This document shows, in pieces, positions 1 through 13,687 of a stretch of 64,000 nucleotides of DNA (the stretch's first letter is position 1; the number at the start of each line of letters is the position of its first letter). The position numbers were made by a program, and so were the translations under genes. Source of the DNA: Octopus sinensis (taxonomy: Eukaryota); NCBI RefSeq assembly GCF_006345805.1, contig NC_043015.1, positions 35,588,001 through 35,652,000 of the forward strand, in the 5' to 3' direction. A model generated the notes under the pieces. It saw only the letters and a program-made list of their open reading frames with translations, did no database searches and had not been told where the DNA came from.

Positions 1-1026
1 CATAGTCAGGTTTACGAAACCTTTTTCATTATCTGACAAATCACAGATTGAGGGGAAACCGCCTGTTAGATATTTCATAAAATTTTCTTTTTAATTCTAA
101 TCGTAAATTTAACTTGTATCACAAGTAATAGAATACATTTTAGTTTAATCACCAAAGAACGTGACTGAAAACAAGACACTTGCAAAAAATTAGCAAATGC
201 AAAGAAATCGAAATTCATTAAAATGTTTTTTTATTGTGGTTGCAATATCGATTAATTTGAGGTATATAATTAGCATAAAATATATATTTATGCCAGAATA
301 TATTGTTGTTTTATTAATATTTTATATTGTACTTTGGTTTTAAGTATTTATTATTCGATAGTTATTGCTTAAAGTTTATTTAATTCTTTGAAATAAATGC
401 GTTTTTAATGTTAAATTAAGCGACGAATCAATTATCTCCCTTGAGACTTGACTTACAATATGGAGAATGTATTGCATCTGTTGCTAAGTTCTGCTTGCCC
501 AGTGATGTTTTCTTATCATCAAAAAGAAAGTAATTAAATAATCAGCTTCTGAGTAAGAAAAAAGTAAAACGAAAACCATAATAGAAAGCGGAAATGAAAA
601 CATAAAAAAAAGAAATATAAATATAAGAAAAAAAGAAACGAAAATCTAACAAAAATAGAAACAAAATCATAATTTCCATTTTATTACTGTTACCGTTCGT
701 TTTTCTTTTCTCTTTTGGTGAGGTGTGACAATAAAGAGAGAAACGTTGCTAACTTAAATGAGAGATAACTGATCACTCTTTCTCCCTCTCTCCCTATATA
801 TATATAATATATATATATATATATCTATATATATAATATATATATATAATAATAATAATATTAGGGAATATATCCAAATTTACAGGGAAAAAAATCAGAT
901 TTAGGATTAAATCCAATTTTATAGTAAAATATTATAAATATTATTTGAGACAAAACCACTATTTTGCAAAACAAACAAGAAAGACTTAATCAATACATAA
1001 AATTTAATAAATAGTCAAAAAAACCG

Positions 1027-1069
1027 CCACTACAATCGTTTCTTGTCTTGATCGACAATCTTCAGGTGG
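1027..1069 (-). ncRNA. Minimal type I hammerhead ribozyme, mirror copy
   Basis: Exact reverse complement of 1102-1144. Confidence 0.85.
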
Positions 1070-1101
1070 ACTTCCAATAATTCAACTGAATTATTGGAAG
1101 T

Positions 1102-1144
1102 CCACCTGAAGATTGTCGATCAAGACAAGAAACGATTGTAGTGG
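1102..1144 (+). ncRNA. Minimal type I hammerhead ribozyme (PLE-type)
   Basis: ccac-CTGAAGA-ttgtc(gatcaa)gacaa-GAAAC-gatt-GTA-gtgg: intact core, 4-bp stem I, 5-bp stem II, short stem III. Predicted cleavage after 1140. Confidence 0.85.
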
Positions 1145-1235
1145 CGGTTTTTTTGACTATTTATTAAATTTTATGTATTGATTAAGTCTTTCCTTGTTTG
1201 TTTTGCAAAATAGTGGTTTTGTCTCAAATAATATT

Positions 1236-1268
<33 letters not shown>

Positions 1269-1350
1269 ACATATATATGTGTGTGTGTGTGTGTGTATAC
1301 GTGTCTATGTTCGTTTGTGTGCGTGCGTGTGTATGTATGCATATATATAA

Positions 1351-1384
<34 letters not shown>

Positions 1385-1530
1385 GTATGTATGTATATAT
1401 ATACTCACATAACATATATGCACGTATATGTACACATTCGCCCACACACACATTTATGTATGTAGATGTATAGAGAGATAGAGACATGTTATAATTACAA
1501 ATATTATACGTAGATAAAGACGCCTTCAAA

Positions 1531-1563
<33 letters not shown>

Positions 1564-2270
1564 TTATGTGTGCATGTTTATAAGAATGTATATGAATTCT
1601 CAGATTCAATTACTCTTATTCTGTACCCCCCCTCTCTCTCTCTGTATATATATATATATATATATATATACATACTCACAAAGACATATACACATATGTG
1701 TATACATAATATATATGTAGTTACCTCTTATATTACTTATTCTCTCTCTCTCTCTTTCTCTCTCTCTATCACTTACTCAGTTTGCACACAGAGAGATACA
1801 CATTCTGAGTACGAAGACTGTTAAACGTGGAGTCGCATTGAGAAAATGGATTGCAAGACAGAATAAGAAGAAATGAAATATCAGAGAAGGAATATACGTA
1901 TGTTTATATAAGAGTATACACCGAAAGAAAGTATGTGTTGAACAGACTTAGCCAAACACATCTGAGTGATTGATAAAGCGAATGATTGAACAAATGATTT
2001 GTTGGGTAAATAACTAACCAATGGACGAATAATAATGATGAAGTGAGACTGAAACAATGCCTGTATTTATTGGCGTCATGACCCTCCTCAGCTACGACAA
2101 AATACATGTGTAGATGTACCTGATGGGACCCAGACTGCAAAATTGATGCAGCACAACATGTTGAGAGGAATCCCACCTATAGGTGACAATAGCAGGATGG
2201 GTCGAAACGACCGTTGTATGAAATAGAGATTAATACCAAATCCATCTTCTTGTTACTTAAGAAATTATAA

Positions 2271-2311
<41 letters not shown>

Positions 2312-2313
<2 letters not shown>

Positions 2314-2464
2314 AATAAATAAATAAATGGAGTTGAACGAAGATGTTAATAGAATTCCTTTACTTTCGACATATGTTTCGAAGACAACATGGTTTCGAAA
2401 CATATGTCGAAAGTAAAGGAATTTTATTAACATCTTCGTTCAACTCCATTTATTTATTTATTCA
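2312..2464. repeat. Palindrome (71-bp arms, 1 mismatch, 11-nt spacer) carrying hammerhead 3' halves (GAAAC atat GTC)
   Basis: Arms 2312-2382 and 2394-2464, with TA repeats on both sides. Confidence 0.85.
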
Positions 2465-2618
2465 TATATAACACACCAATTTTTGCACATGAACCCGGAG
2501 TTTCTATCTTTGAATAGGTCGCTTCAACCGTGTTTCTGACGTGAATTTGCTACCCTGGTATCGGTTCATCGAATTTTCCATGTTGACGGTAAACACAGGA
2601 TAATTCATTCACCCATCG

Positions 2619-2655
<37 letters not shown>

Positions 2656-2992
2656 TATGTGGTTGAGAGAGCCTGACAACTGGTTGGCAAGTTTACATCG
2701 AAGAACGAAGCGGTTCGACAAAAGCGACTGTTAGAATACCTGGCTGAAAAATAAGTGCTGGCCTTGATTTGTGCGAATAAACCCTTCTCAGGGTATCTCA
2801 GCATGGTTTCATTCCAATGAGTGGACCAGGTGAAAGGTAAAAGACACAGTTCTGTGGGCAAATGCTTGTGTTTATAAATATGAATTTATACGAATAAAGT
2901 TTCATGTAGAGTAACTTAGCAGTTTAGCAAAACAACTCTAGTTTCATGTAGCAAAAGGAAACACGTGATTTCGTATAGAAATCTGTTATTTA

Positions 2993-3212
2993 AGGCGGCG
3001 AGATGGCAGAAATGTTAGCACGCCGGACGAAATGCTTAGCGGTATTTCATCTGCCGTTACGTTCTGAGTTCAAATTTCGCCAAGGTCACCTTTGCCTTTC
3101 ATCCTTTCGGGGTCGATAAATTAAGTGCCAGTTACGCACTGGGGCCGATATAATCCGTTTGTCTGTCCTTGTTTGTCCCCTCTATGTTTAGCTCCTTGTG
3201 GGCAATAAAGAA
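2993..3212 (+). mobile_element. tRNA-derived core SINE, family A
   Basis: A box TGGCAGAAATG, B box GAGTTCAAAT, core tttgcctttcatcctttcggggtcgataaattaagt. Other copies at ~4381-4603(-), 9135-9270(+), 9297-9480(+), 9654-9790(+), 10815-10975(-), 15414-15592(+), 17340-17500(-) and 51380-51572(-). Confidence 0.85.
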
Positions 3213-4053
3213 CCCAGAAACACGGGTTGCTCTGCATCAAATAAAAGACTTACATGCATTGAGTACTTTCAATTACTGAACGAATGAAGTATGTATGTAT
3301 GTATGTATGTATGTTTGTTTGTATGTATGTATCTGTGTGTGTAATCAGGCTTTCTATCAATCCTGCCGTTCTCCTATTCCGCCGTTTTCCTGTCACTCAA
3401 GTGAAATACTTGAAATAACCAACAGCAATCCTCTATTCCCTTTCTCTTTGCCTTCCCCCCCTCTCCATACACATATACACCTCATTCCACTCCTCAATGC
3501 TACTCAACGTTTTCCTTCATCCTTACAAGTACCTCTCGTATCCCTCTTCTTATCCACTCTCTTCGCCTCCGCTTTCTCCTCCCACTACTCCATTCTTATG
3601 AACGTGGATAATAATGATGTCTGGTGGTTGATCCATGCATAAAGGGCTGGCTGGCCGGTTGGCGTGATGGTTGGCTGGTTGTCTTGTTTTATGGTTGGTT
3701 GGTTGGCCGGTTGGTTGAAACATAGTAAACGTATTGGTTTATTTTGTATGAAGATTAGCAATCACAGGAAACTAAGTTAAGTCCTATTGATTTTTTCAAG
3801 AGTGATTGATTGATTGAGCGATTGATTAAGTTAACGCCACAATGAAGAAGCGCTTACATACCAAGACATAATATGCCATACACAGATATATACACACGCA
3901 GAGACACAGCAACACACACTCTTTCCCACACGCACGTACATGAACACAATCACACACACACACACACACGTACATACGCATGTATGGCAGTGATTATCAG
4001 TAAGTCTGTATTTAAAGTATAGGTATCTTATATACATACACAGATACACACAA

Positions 4054-4089
<36 letters not shown>

Positions 4090-4380
4090 GCATATTTATA
4101 TATATATTTACATGTATATATATGTATGTATGCATATTTGTATGTCTATATGTATAAATGCATATTGTGCGCATGAATATATGAAAAACCATTTTGACAA
4201 TATTCATATTCACAAGTATTTTTGTCTGGTCATATGCTATAATAAAAGGAGCTGAAACGTCCCAAAAGCTGTTACTCAGTCTCACGTTCCCGTTTGTCAA
4301 AACTGTACGACGAACGGAAACGTGAAACGCTGAGTAACAGTTTTTGTGATGTTTCTGCTGCAAATATATATATATATTAT

Positions 4381-4603
4381 TTCTTTATTGGCCATAAGGG
4401 GATAAACATAGAAGGGACAAACAAAGACGGACAAAGGGATTAAGTCGATTACCTCGACCCCAGTGCGTAACTTGTACTTAATTTATCGACCCCGAAAAGA
4501 TGAAAGGCAAAGTCGACCTCAGCGGAATTTGAGCTCAGATCGTAACGGCAGATGAAATACCGCCAAGCATTTCACCCAGCGTGCTAACGTTTCTGCCAGC
4601 TCC
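4381..4603 (-). mobile_element. SINE family A, full-length copy
   Basis: Reverse complement of the 2993-3212 family, including the tttattg tail. Confidence 0.85.
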
Positions 4604-4845
4604 TCATACACACTTTTATTTCAGCTGCAAAATTATCACAAAGCTCTAACTCAGATGTTCACTTTCTCGCTCGTCGGACATTTGTGATGAATACCGCTTC
4701 GTCACAACTCTCCACCGAATGGGAACGTGAATCTCTGTGAGAAAGTGTTTTGTAATAATTTTACAACCTTAATAAACATATTGCTCTGCCTTTAATGTTC
4801 GAGTATAATTTTTTCCACCTTAATTTGCATTCATGCGGTCACTTG

Positions 4846-4879
<34 letters not shown>

Positions 4880-4894
4880 CATATATTCACAAAT

Positions 4895-5290
4895 ATTTTA
4901 TAATTATGAGCATAATTATAATCAGGGGTCAGCTAATTGCTTCACCACGCACCGAATTTAGAAACAGTAGTTAAAATACCTTTTACGCTACCATAAATAT
5001 CTCCCAGACAGTAACACACTTTTTTTTTTACATAGGCAAAGAGAAAGAATAACGACTCCACACGATTCAGATTAGCTACATACACGTTTCAGGATTAAAG
5101 TAAAGTTAGATTTACTTATTTCCCATCTTCAGTGCAGCATTTCAAATTGCGTGGCGAATCAATTAGTTGATGCCTGATTATAATTATGTTTATAATTATA
5201 GAATATTTGCATAATTTTACCTAAAAAAGGTTATTTTAACGTACCGAGCTACTTGGTAAGATTTTTATTTAATTGATTGATTAATGTTAC
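4895..5290. mobile_element. Foldback/MITE-like element, family B
   Basis: Arm ggggtcagctaattgcttcaccacgca has a diverged inverse at ~5150-5210, followed by a tail ...accgagctacttggtaa... Related copies at 26624 and 57650. Confidence 0.65.
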
Positions 5291-5569
5291 GTTTTTATTA
5301 TTATTATTGTTATAATATATATATATATATATATAAGCTGGGTCGCTCATATATGCAGCAAAGTTGATATGGCCCGCAGAATGTGATCCTGGATTCTCAG
5401 AACCTTCCAGGCGAGAGATATCCAAAACATTATCCTTCTCTTCTCCACTTCTGCCCGACTCCGCCTTGGATACTCTTGTCCACACGAAACAAATTATGAA
5501 ATTGGAAGTACCTAAAAGTCAATTACAAAAAAGATAAATGGCATGACAGGCCTTGACTATTGGGGTCAA

Positions 5570-5740
5570 GTTTCAGTCATTTGACTGCGGCTATGCTGGA
5601 GCACTGCCTTTAGTCGAGCAAAGGACCCAGGACTTATTCTATCGGCCCCTTTTGCCAAACTTCTAAGTAACGGGGTCGTAAAACACACCAGCATCAGTTG
5701 TCAAGTGATGTTGGGGAAGGGGGACAACCACTCCCATATA

Positions 5741-5780
<40 letters not shown>

Positions 5781-5943
5781 GACGGGCTTCTTTCAGCTTC
5801 CGTCTACCAAATCCACTCACATGGCTTTGGTCAGCGCGTCGTTATAGTAGAAGAGACTTGTCCAAGGAGATACGCGTAGGACTGAATCCGGAATCATGTG
5901 GTTGGCAAGCAAGCGTCTTACTTCACATCCACTCCTGCGCCTA
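5570..5943. mobile_element. SINE segments: family C body (5570-5735) and family B tRNA head (5778-5943, minus)
   Basis: gtttcagtcatttgactgcggc.atgctggagcac... recurs at 8370-8545, 56378-56550 and 63535-63660. gacgggcttctttcag.ttccgtctaccaaatccactcac recurs at 8225-8345, 46815-46980, 58365-58520 and 63688-63848. Confidence 0.8.
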
Positions 5944-6008
<65 letters not shown>

Positions 6009-7397
6009 ATACTGGAAAAATAGAAGTTGAAAATCAGTGTAAACAGTGAAGCCGATTGAATCTTTATATATAAGAGTAAGAAATATTTTAACTATTCTCA
6101 GTGCATTTTCAACTTCAATTTTACTTATATTTCTACCCGTATGGAATAAAACTTTGTTCTCTCTCTCTCTTTTCGCCTCTCTCTTTATCTCTCTCTCTCT
6201 CTAGATATATATAAACATATGTAAGTACAAATACATATGATTCTATATATGAAATATTATATAATTCTTGTCCCGTAAAAATACAGTAAATACATATATA
6301 ATAATATTTTTTCTGTTTGGTTTTGTCACCATGATCATTGTTTAGTGAATTCGTTTCCTCTCTGTTCTTGCGTTTCCCTCGTTGTTCTGCTGAGAAGTTT
6401 TCAGATTCTTTTTAATTCCTGCTCATCGTATGATATACATTCACATTGCTATCATACACAGAGACAGACGCACACACTAAAACGCACACACTAAAAACGC
6501 GCATAAAATATTTATATTTGAGTCAGTCTACTTGAGTCAATCTACTGTTGGGTACGTTCTCTTGCGACATTGCACACAACACACATATACATACATACAC
6601 CACCCTTCCCCCCACAACGGTACTTAATAGGCTTGTGTACTCTCAGACCTTTGGAAAAACTTTCGCTATGGAATTATGCCAGTGAGAGACTTCTTTCTGC
6701 TGGCAAAATGAGTGAAAACACATTGAGCTATGCAGACGTCATCGAATCGTAGAAAATGGATTATTGATAATTTGAATTGAAAGTTTTATTTACTGTTCTT
6801 ATAAGAATTGTCTCATTGGCCTGTTTGTCACAAATTTGGAATTCCTGATAGACGACGCAAAACGATGCAGAATACATACGTCCTACCATCTTTCTATCAA
6901 CATTTCAGGTTAATCTATGTTCTAAACAGCAGTTTAATAATAATGTTATTTTACTAAATTCTTAAGTGATTTTCAATATGTCCGCTAGAAGGTTCACTCG
7001 TTTGATGCAAATCTCTCAATCTCTCAGATGCTGGCGCTTTTTCTAGGATACAAACTTCCTGCTTTTGATGTAATTCAAATGAAAATATTCCATCAAAATT
7101 TTGGCGTGTATTTATGTTCCTAACACTGTAGCAATAACAACTTATGTTACTAAATTCTGCCTTATTTTTTTATTGTTGGAACGAAGGAAGCGAGTCTCAA
7201 GAGAGAAAATGGTAACAAAATGGTCAGTCCTTTTGATACCAACTCGTCCGATATCACTCTGGATTTAAGATCCATACTTCCTGTTTTTAAACAATTTAAT
7301 CTAAAAATCTCTATCAAAATTATATGTTAATTTATGCTCCAAGCACCAGCTGAACCACCACAAATTTATTTCCCTATATTCTTAATTATTTTCAAAA

Positions 7398-7560
7398 TTA
7401 ATTGGAACAAATCCTTTGTATTTCCACAGAAATCGCACGATCACATGATCGACCAAAATATTGGATGTTGTTATACATCGCTGGCCACAATACTCTCTGT
7501 ATAGTTTTAACTTCTGAATGATGCCATCCTGCTGGTGAGGCGAGCAGTCCAACAATATTC
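7398..7560 (-). pseudogene. Ty3/Gypsy integrase zinc-binding (HHCC) region relic
   Basis: PAGWHHSEVKTIQRVLWPAMYNNIQYFGRSCDR resembles GH.G..KT..R...WP.M..DI..YVRSC..C. Confidence 0.5.
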
Positions 7561-8869
7561 CCTTTTATCGGGAGGCTAGTGTGCCACAGGGGCACTCATT
7601 TACAGCGGACGGAACTGAAACAACGGTAAATTAAACGTTTTGCTCAAGAACACAAGACGCTGCTCGTTCCCGGAAATGAAACACAGTCTAGTGATGGTGG
7701 TTGCAGCACCTGAACCAGTATAGGCCACGTGCCTTCAAATTTCAACAGAAATATGGCAAAGAAAACATTAACCCTTACAATACCAAATTTGATCTGAACA
7801 TGATTCTGAAATACAAGACATTGGTGGCCAATGATGTGATATTTGCATTTTAAACTCGTAAACTTCTGCGTTCATAGATTATGATGTACGATATAAATCG
7901 ATCACATTCGACATTTGGTTGCGCTTGTTTCAATGTACAACTTGATATTTCCATCATGAGATTATCACTCGTCAATCATTCAACGTCAGAACGACTGACA
8001 GTTTCTAATTTTCCAGCACAGGACAGCAAGGTGTCCTTCGATATTAATTACCGGCTGTCACGTGTGACTTTTGCCATTTCGACGACATACATCAAATACA
8101 GCTCTCTCTATCTCTCCCTCCCTTTCCTTCTATTTCTCTCTCCCCCTCTCTCTCTTTCCCCTTCTCTGTTTCTTTCTTTGGGACACACACACACACACAT
8201 CCATAAGCACAGACATAGCTATGTATTTAAGCAAATCACGTTGCATCCACGTGGTTTCGAGTTCAGTCCTACTATAGTCTCGGTCCGAACAATGCCCCGT
8301 GAGTGAATTTGGCAGTCGGAAACTGTACAGAAGCCTGTCATATGTGTGTGTGTGTGTGTTTATGTCTGTGTTCCTCAGTCGCTCACAACCGATGTTGGTG
8401 TAATTACGACCCCGTAACTTAGTAGTTCAACAAAAGACACCGAGAGAAAGTAAAAGACACAGTGAGAAAGTAAATACTGGTTTCCGTCTGTTCGACTAAA
8501 ACACTTTATAGTTGTGCTCCAGCATGACCGTGGTCTAATGACTGAAATAAGTGAAAGAAGAGGTAAAACATATACACACACACAAATACGCACACACAAA
8601 CACAGAAACGCACACATGTACACACAACCATTTCTATATGCGCATGCGTTTATGTACGTGCGATTGCATTTATATTACGTATCAGGTTCCGAGGAAATTT
8701 CCATCAGATTAACCGCATGAATATATTGAAATGTTGTTGCTGAATCACTAAATATTGGTGACATTCACTGATGCATAACCATTGCATGGAAATTTCCCGC
8801 AGGGCAACAACCATGTTTTAGTATATTAAGTTTCTCTCTGAAAACATCATCACAGAACCAGAGAGTGCA

Positions 8870-9100
8870 TTAGTCGAGGTTCGAATGCAAGGGAAGGAAC
8901 CGAAAATGTTCAAAAGGCTTATGGTAAAGACGAAGCGAATAAAAAAACTTGCGAAAGGTAGCTAAAAAAAATACAGATGTGGCAATTCCAATTTGCTTGA
9001 TGTGCCTAGATCGAGAAAACTTGAGGAATTGGATGACGAAATGCTAGAGGGAACACTTCCAAGGAATCCTACTTTGATAATAAAAGAACTCCCAGTGAAT
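8870..9100 (+). pseudogene. Mariner-type transposase N-terminal HTH relic
   Basis: Translates with one stop as RGSNAREGTENVQKAYGKDEANKKTCER*LKKYRCGNSNLLDVPRSRKLEELDDEMLEGTLPRNPTL, matching the mariner HTH pattern ...D..RSGRP..LD...L...NP. Confidence 0.65.
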
Positions 9101-10049
9101 TTAATGCCAGCCTTATGTTCCAAATATATATACGTATGGCAGCGAGATAGGTACGATTGTTAGCACATCAGACCAAATGCTGAACGACATTTCGTCCGTC
9201 TTTACATTCTGAGTTCAAAATTCCTCCGAGCTCAGCTATGCCTTTCGTCAAAATAATAAGTACCACCTGACTACCATATTAAGATATACAACTTTGCTAT
9301 GGCGGCGAGCTAGCAGAGTCTTTAGGATGCCGGCCGAAGTGATTAGAGGCATTTTGTCCATCTTTATGTTCTGAATTCTTCTAATACATTCGACCGCAGA
9401 GGTTGACTTTGGCCTGCACCATTTCAGGAGTTGATAAACTAAGTACCGCTTCAACACTGCAGACGATTTAATCGACTTAGCCTCTCAGCCGAAACCTGCT
9501 GGCTTTGTACCGAAACTCGTAACAAATATATATATATATATACATATACACACACGCACATACAAATATGTTTATATAATGTACTGTTTCGTCATTGGTG
9601 AGATCAACAAAAAGTATTCCATCCAGTGAGAAATTATATATTAAATATATATTTAAGGCGGATGAATCGTTAGCACGCTGGGAAGAATGTTTAGCGGCAT
9701 TCCGTCCATCCAAGTTCATTCCGAGTTCAAATTCTGTTTGGGTCGACTTTGCCTTTCATCCTTTCAGTGTTGATAGAATGAGTACTAATCCAGCTCTGGC
9801 CTCGTGCCAAAATTTGAAACCAATACGCACAAGATGTAAACGTGACCTAATCTAAGTTTTATATTTGTGATAGTGCGATGGACAGACGAGCTTAGAACTC
9901 TGGAGGAGCAGCGGGACATGAAGTATCTTCTTCAAGAGGACAGCACACTGACGTATCTAGGAATAGATCACGTGAAACGATCGTGAGCATAACACTCTCT
10001 GGAGCACGTGACTTTTGCCCACTACAGACAGGCACACTGACAGACAGAT

Positions 10050-10117
<68 letters not shown>

Positions 10118-10755
10118 ACATACATTCATACACACGCATAAGTACAGAAAGAAAACGGTTTATGTCATATACAGAGAAGTTTATTGGTAAAAATAATGGA
10201 GTTAGTCAGAGGAAGAGACACAAATATAAAAAGTCTTCAAATTTTTCGAAGGAAATGAAACGAAATGAAATAAAATGAAAACAAAAATAAAATAAAAGAA
10301 AGCAGTGTATATACGTTATTAATTTTAGAAAATTTTCGTCTAACACTTGAGAACTTGTGAATGCTTGACATATATATTAGAGTATATTATGCATATATAT
10401 TATACATACATACACAAACACACAGATATATATCACAGTATATTATATCGTTGTATATATATATATATTGTATCACGTCTCCTTGATATATTTCTTTTCG
10501 GTAAAACTAAACTCGTCATTTTGTTATCGTGTAAGACAACGTCATACATCTTTGTTAGCAATACTTGACATTAGGTGTAAAGTTACTTTCGGAGAGACAG
10601 TCTCTTGGTGATTATGGCGATTTTCACCATAGAATAACAAAAACTAAAAAAGAAAAAAAGTAGCCCCCCCCCCCAAATGACAGAAATAGTAGAGACCGCA
10701 GAATCTTCGCGCGGTGTGGGGACTGTAACACATGAAAGTAAATTTGCAAATTCCG

Positions 10756-10807
<52 letters not shown>

Positions 10808-12369
10808 TAATCGTTTCTGCTATAGACAGAAGACCTAATAAAGGGCAGGTCGATATCATCGACTCCAGTTCTTATTTTATTGATTCTGAAAGGATGAAAG
10901 GCAAAGTCGACCTCGTCGGAATTTGATCTAAATAATGTTTTAAAATGCTGGTGAGCATTTTGGCGGGCATGTTGACGATTCATGCAGTAGGTAGCTTTCA
11001 TAATAATAATAATAATGATGATGATAATAATAATGATAAACAGTCTAATGCAATACCATGAGGTAGCTTCCATGTTTGCTCCTATACTTTCTCTACCCTT
11101 TCCAACAATGCAAATACACTGTGCCTATTGTTAACTGTTTCTTATATATATTAGCCCTCCCAACCACTTAGACCCTCTGAAGAAGCCTAGAGGCACACTC
11201 ATCATCCAAACTTTATCTGCCCATCCCTACAGAACATTAAAGAGATGGAGATGGCATGGAGGATTTCATTGCCTCTGGGCAGAAACGGCCGTAAGGAACT
11301 TGCACCTACTGACGATCTGATCTTTTGCTGTTTTCTATAATATTACTACATGTGTAACGCATGGTTATTACATGTGTATGCATTCTTCTAGTACATTCAA
11401 TTACTTTGGAATAAATAGACATACTAGAATGACTACCGACTGATGTATGTCGTTTTTGTATCCTCTCCACTTTCTTATTTGCCGTATACATTAAGGGTAA
11501 ACTGCTTTCATTCCCGGCCATATGTAACACTCAATTGCGAGATTGCCACCCAATAACATGCATTCGGGTATGAATAATCGGGTAAACTACCAGCAATATA
11601 TTGGATAGGTACTATCCCTTAGTTGGTTGGTTTCTCAACCTCTAACTCACGCACACACATTTGTGTTAAATTGCTGAAAAGACTACACAGCTTTGGGTAT
11701 TCATCCTCATGCAGCGAAATGACAACATTCTAAGGAATAATGTAATTAAAACTATCACCAAATGCATGTTACACCTTTGATAGATGATAGTGATTACACA
11801 GAATATTATTCATGGCATCTCATCCAAATACGGGTGAAACGGTGTGTGGAAACAATTGTTGTGATTTCAAATAAAGAATACAGTTCAATCCATTTCTCTT
11901 ATTCACACACACACACACACACACACATAAAAAGATTCAGTTGAATTAGGTACTTAAATTGAGCCACCTTGCCATTTCAGTGTAGTCTGCACAGCTCCAA
12001 GCTAGGTGAACAGAGTGCAAATAAGTAGCAATAATGTACAGGTGTCAATAAATTACGGCTGTTTCAAGCTGCTCCATTTCATTGAGTAATGAAAGAAACC
12101 GCTCTCTTCTAATGTGGATTACTTATATATACATACATGTATATATATACTTTTATTTCTCTACATGCATGCGTGTGTTTATGTGTGTGTGTACGTTGGT
12201 TCATGCCGGACTAAAGAGATATGTGTCCTTAATGCATGTACAAGATATTTATTTTTGGATTTTACCTTTTGAACAACAGATTTAAAAAAATAATTTTTGT
12301 AACTAAACACGTTCAAACTTCATATACATGTAGAATGTGTCACATAAAATATCTTTTACTCTTGGCATT

Positions 12370-12560
12370 GTTGAGAAAATTCTGTATTTTGGAAGTTATT
12401 TCTTGTTAAAGTTCTCGTATTTCGTTAATTTCAACCAATCAATGACATGTATTCAGCTGAATAAAATTACTGCCGTTGTTTGTCAAGAACTATCGGTGGT
12501 GTATTTTTCGTTTGTCACAACTTTAACAAAAGATAACTTCCAAAATACAGAATTTCCAAC
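12370..12560. mobile_element. MITE-like element with ~40-bp imperfect terminal inverted repeats
   Basis: aattctgtattttggaagttatttcttgttaaagtt versus aactttaacaaaagataacttccaaaatacagaatt. Confidence 0.55.
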
Positions 12561-13135
12561 TAAGTTTATCTTCACCTTTTTGATGCGACTCTCTACTCTA
12601 TGTGGTTTTCTTCCTCTATCCTACTCTAATTCCCCTTTTCTCCACCGACCTTTTCTCCTCCGCACCTCTTTGTCTTCCACCCTCCTTCAACGTTTTCTTT
12701 GTCTCACTCGCCCTCTTTGTCTTTTTGTTTTGCGTAGCTTACACGTGACCATCGTCCATCTTTCTTTTCCTCACAGATGTTCGAACGAGCAGACGTATTT
12801 CTATCTCTATAATTTTTTCCTTTCAAAAAAAGAATGTTTCTCCCAGCGTTCACTGTTTTCCTCTTGTTCTGGTCTAACGCCCCTCCATAATTTTGTTCCT
12901 AACTTTGACCCTCCATAAATACTAAATGTTATTTTAGAATTTATGGGACCAACTGTTCTTGAAGACTCATATTGTCGTTGAATGCTTGAAATGAAGAGTA
13001 GCTAGACAGCCGACAACTGATGAAGGGTCCATTTTCTATGTTTACTTGTTTCGTTTTCCAATTTTTTCTCGTTGTTTACGTGTTTCATGTTATTTGTACC
13101 GTTGGTGACATCCGGTACCCATATATGAATGTATG

Positions 13136-13192
<57 letters not shown>

Positions 13193-13653
13193 TCATATAT
13201 GTATGTGTATATATATATATATATATATACATACATATATCTATGTATGTATACATATATATGTGTATGTATACATATATGTATGTATGTATACATATAT
13301 GTATGTATGTATATATGTATGTATGTATGTATATATATATATATATATATATGTAAACACACATATCATACAGACTCATATTTTTCTATTCCTCCCTCTA
13401 TCTATCTATCTATCAACCTATCTGTCTCATAAACTCTATATCTGTCTGTATATATATATACATTAATAGATCTGCGTATGCGTATAATCGTAAACAAAGT
13501 CGCACGACACAATTTTTCTATTTGTGTTAGTTTTGCATTTGAAAACCCTCAGAGATCAAGACATACTTTCGATTTTATCAGAATAAAAACTTAAAAACAA
13601 GAACTAAAATAATCATGGCAATAATGTTTGCAAGACACAATCACACACACGCG

Positions 13654-13687
<34 letters not shown>

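Larger units (their letters stand above)
851..1239. mobile_element. Hammerhead-bearing foldback element (PLE pLTR-like), flanked by (TA)n/(TAA)n
   Basis: Arms ~933-1084 and 1087-1239 with one indel and a 2-nt centre. The left arm extends ~80 bp further, to 851. Confidence 0.8.

Noticed and set aside
12337-12918. 193-aa ORF
   Set aside because: Spans a MITE-like repeat and a pyrimidine-rich low-complexity tract; no motif.
12985-13130. CTGATGA-containing repeat, also at ~58740-58880 (minus)
   Set aside because: GAAA precedes CUGAUGA and the required stems do not pair in any topology; real dispersed repeat but not a supportable ribozyme.
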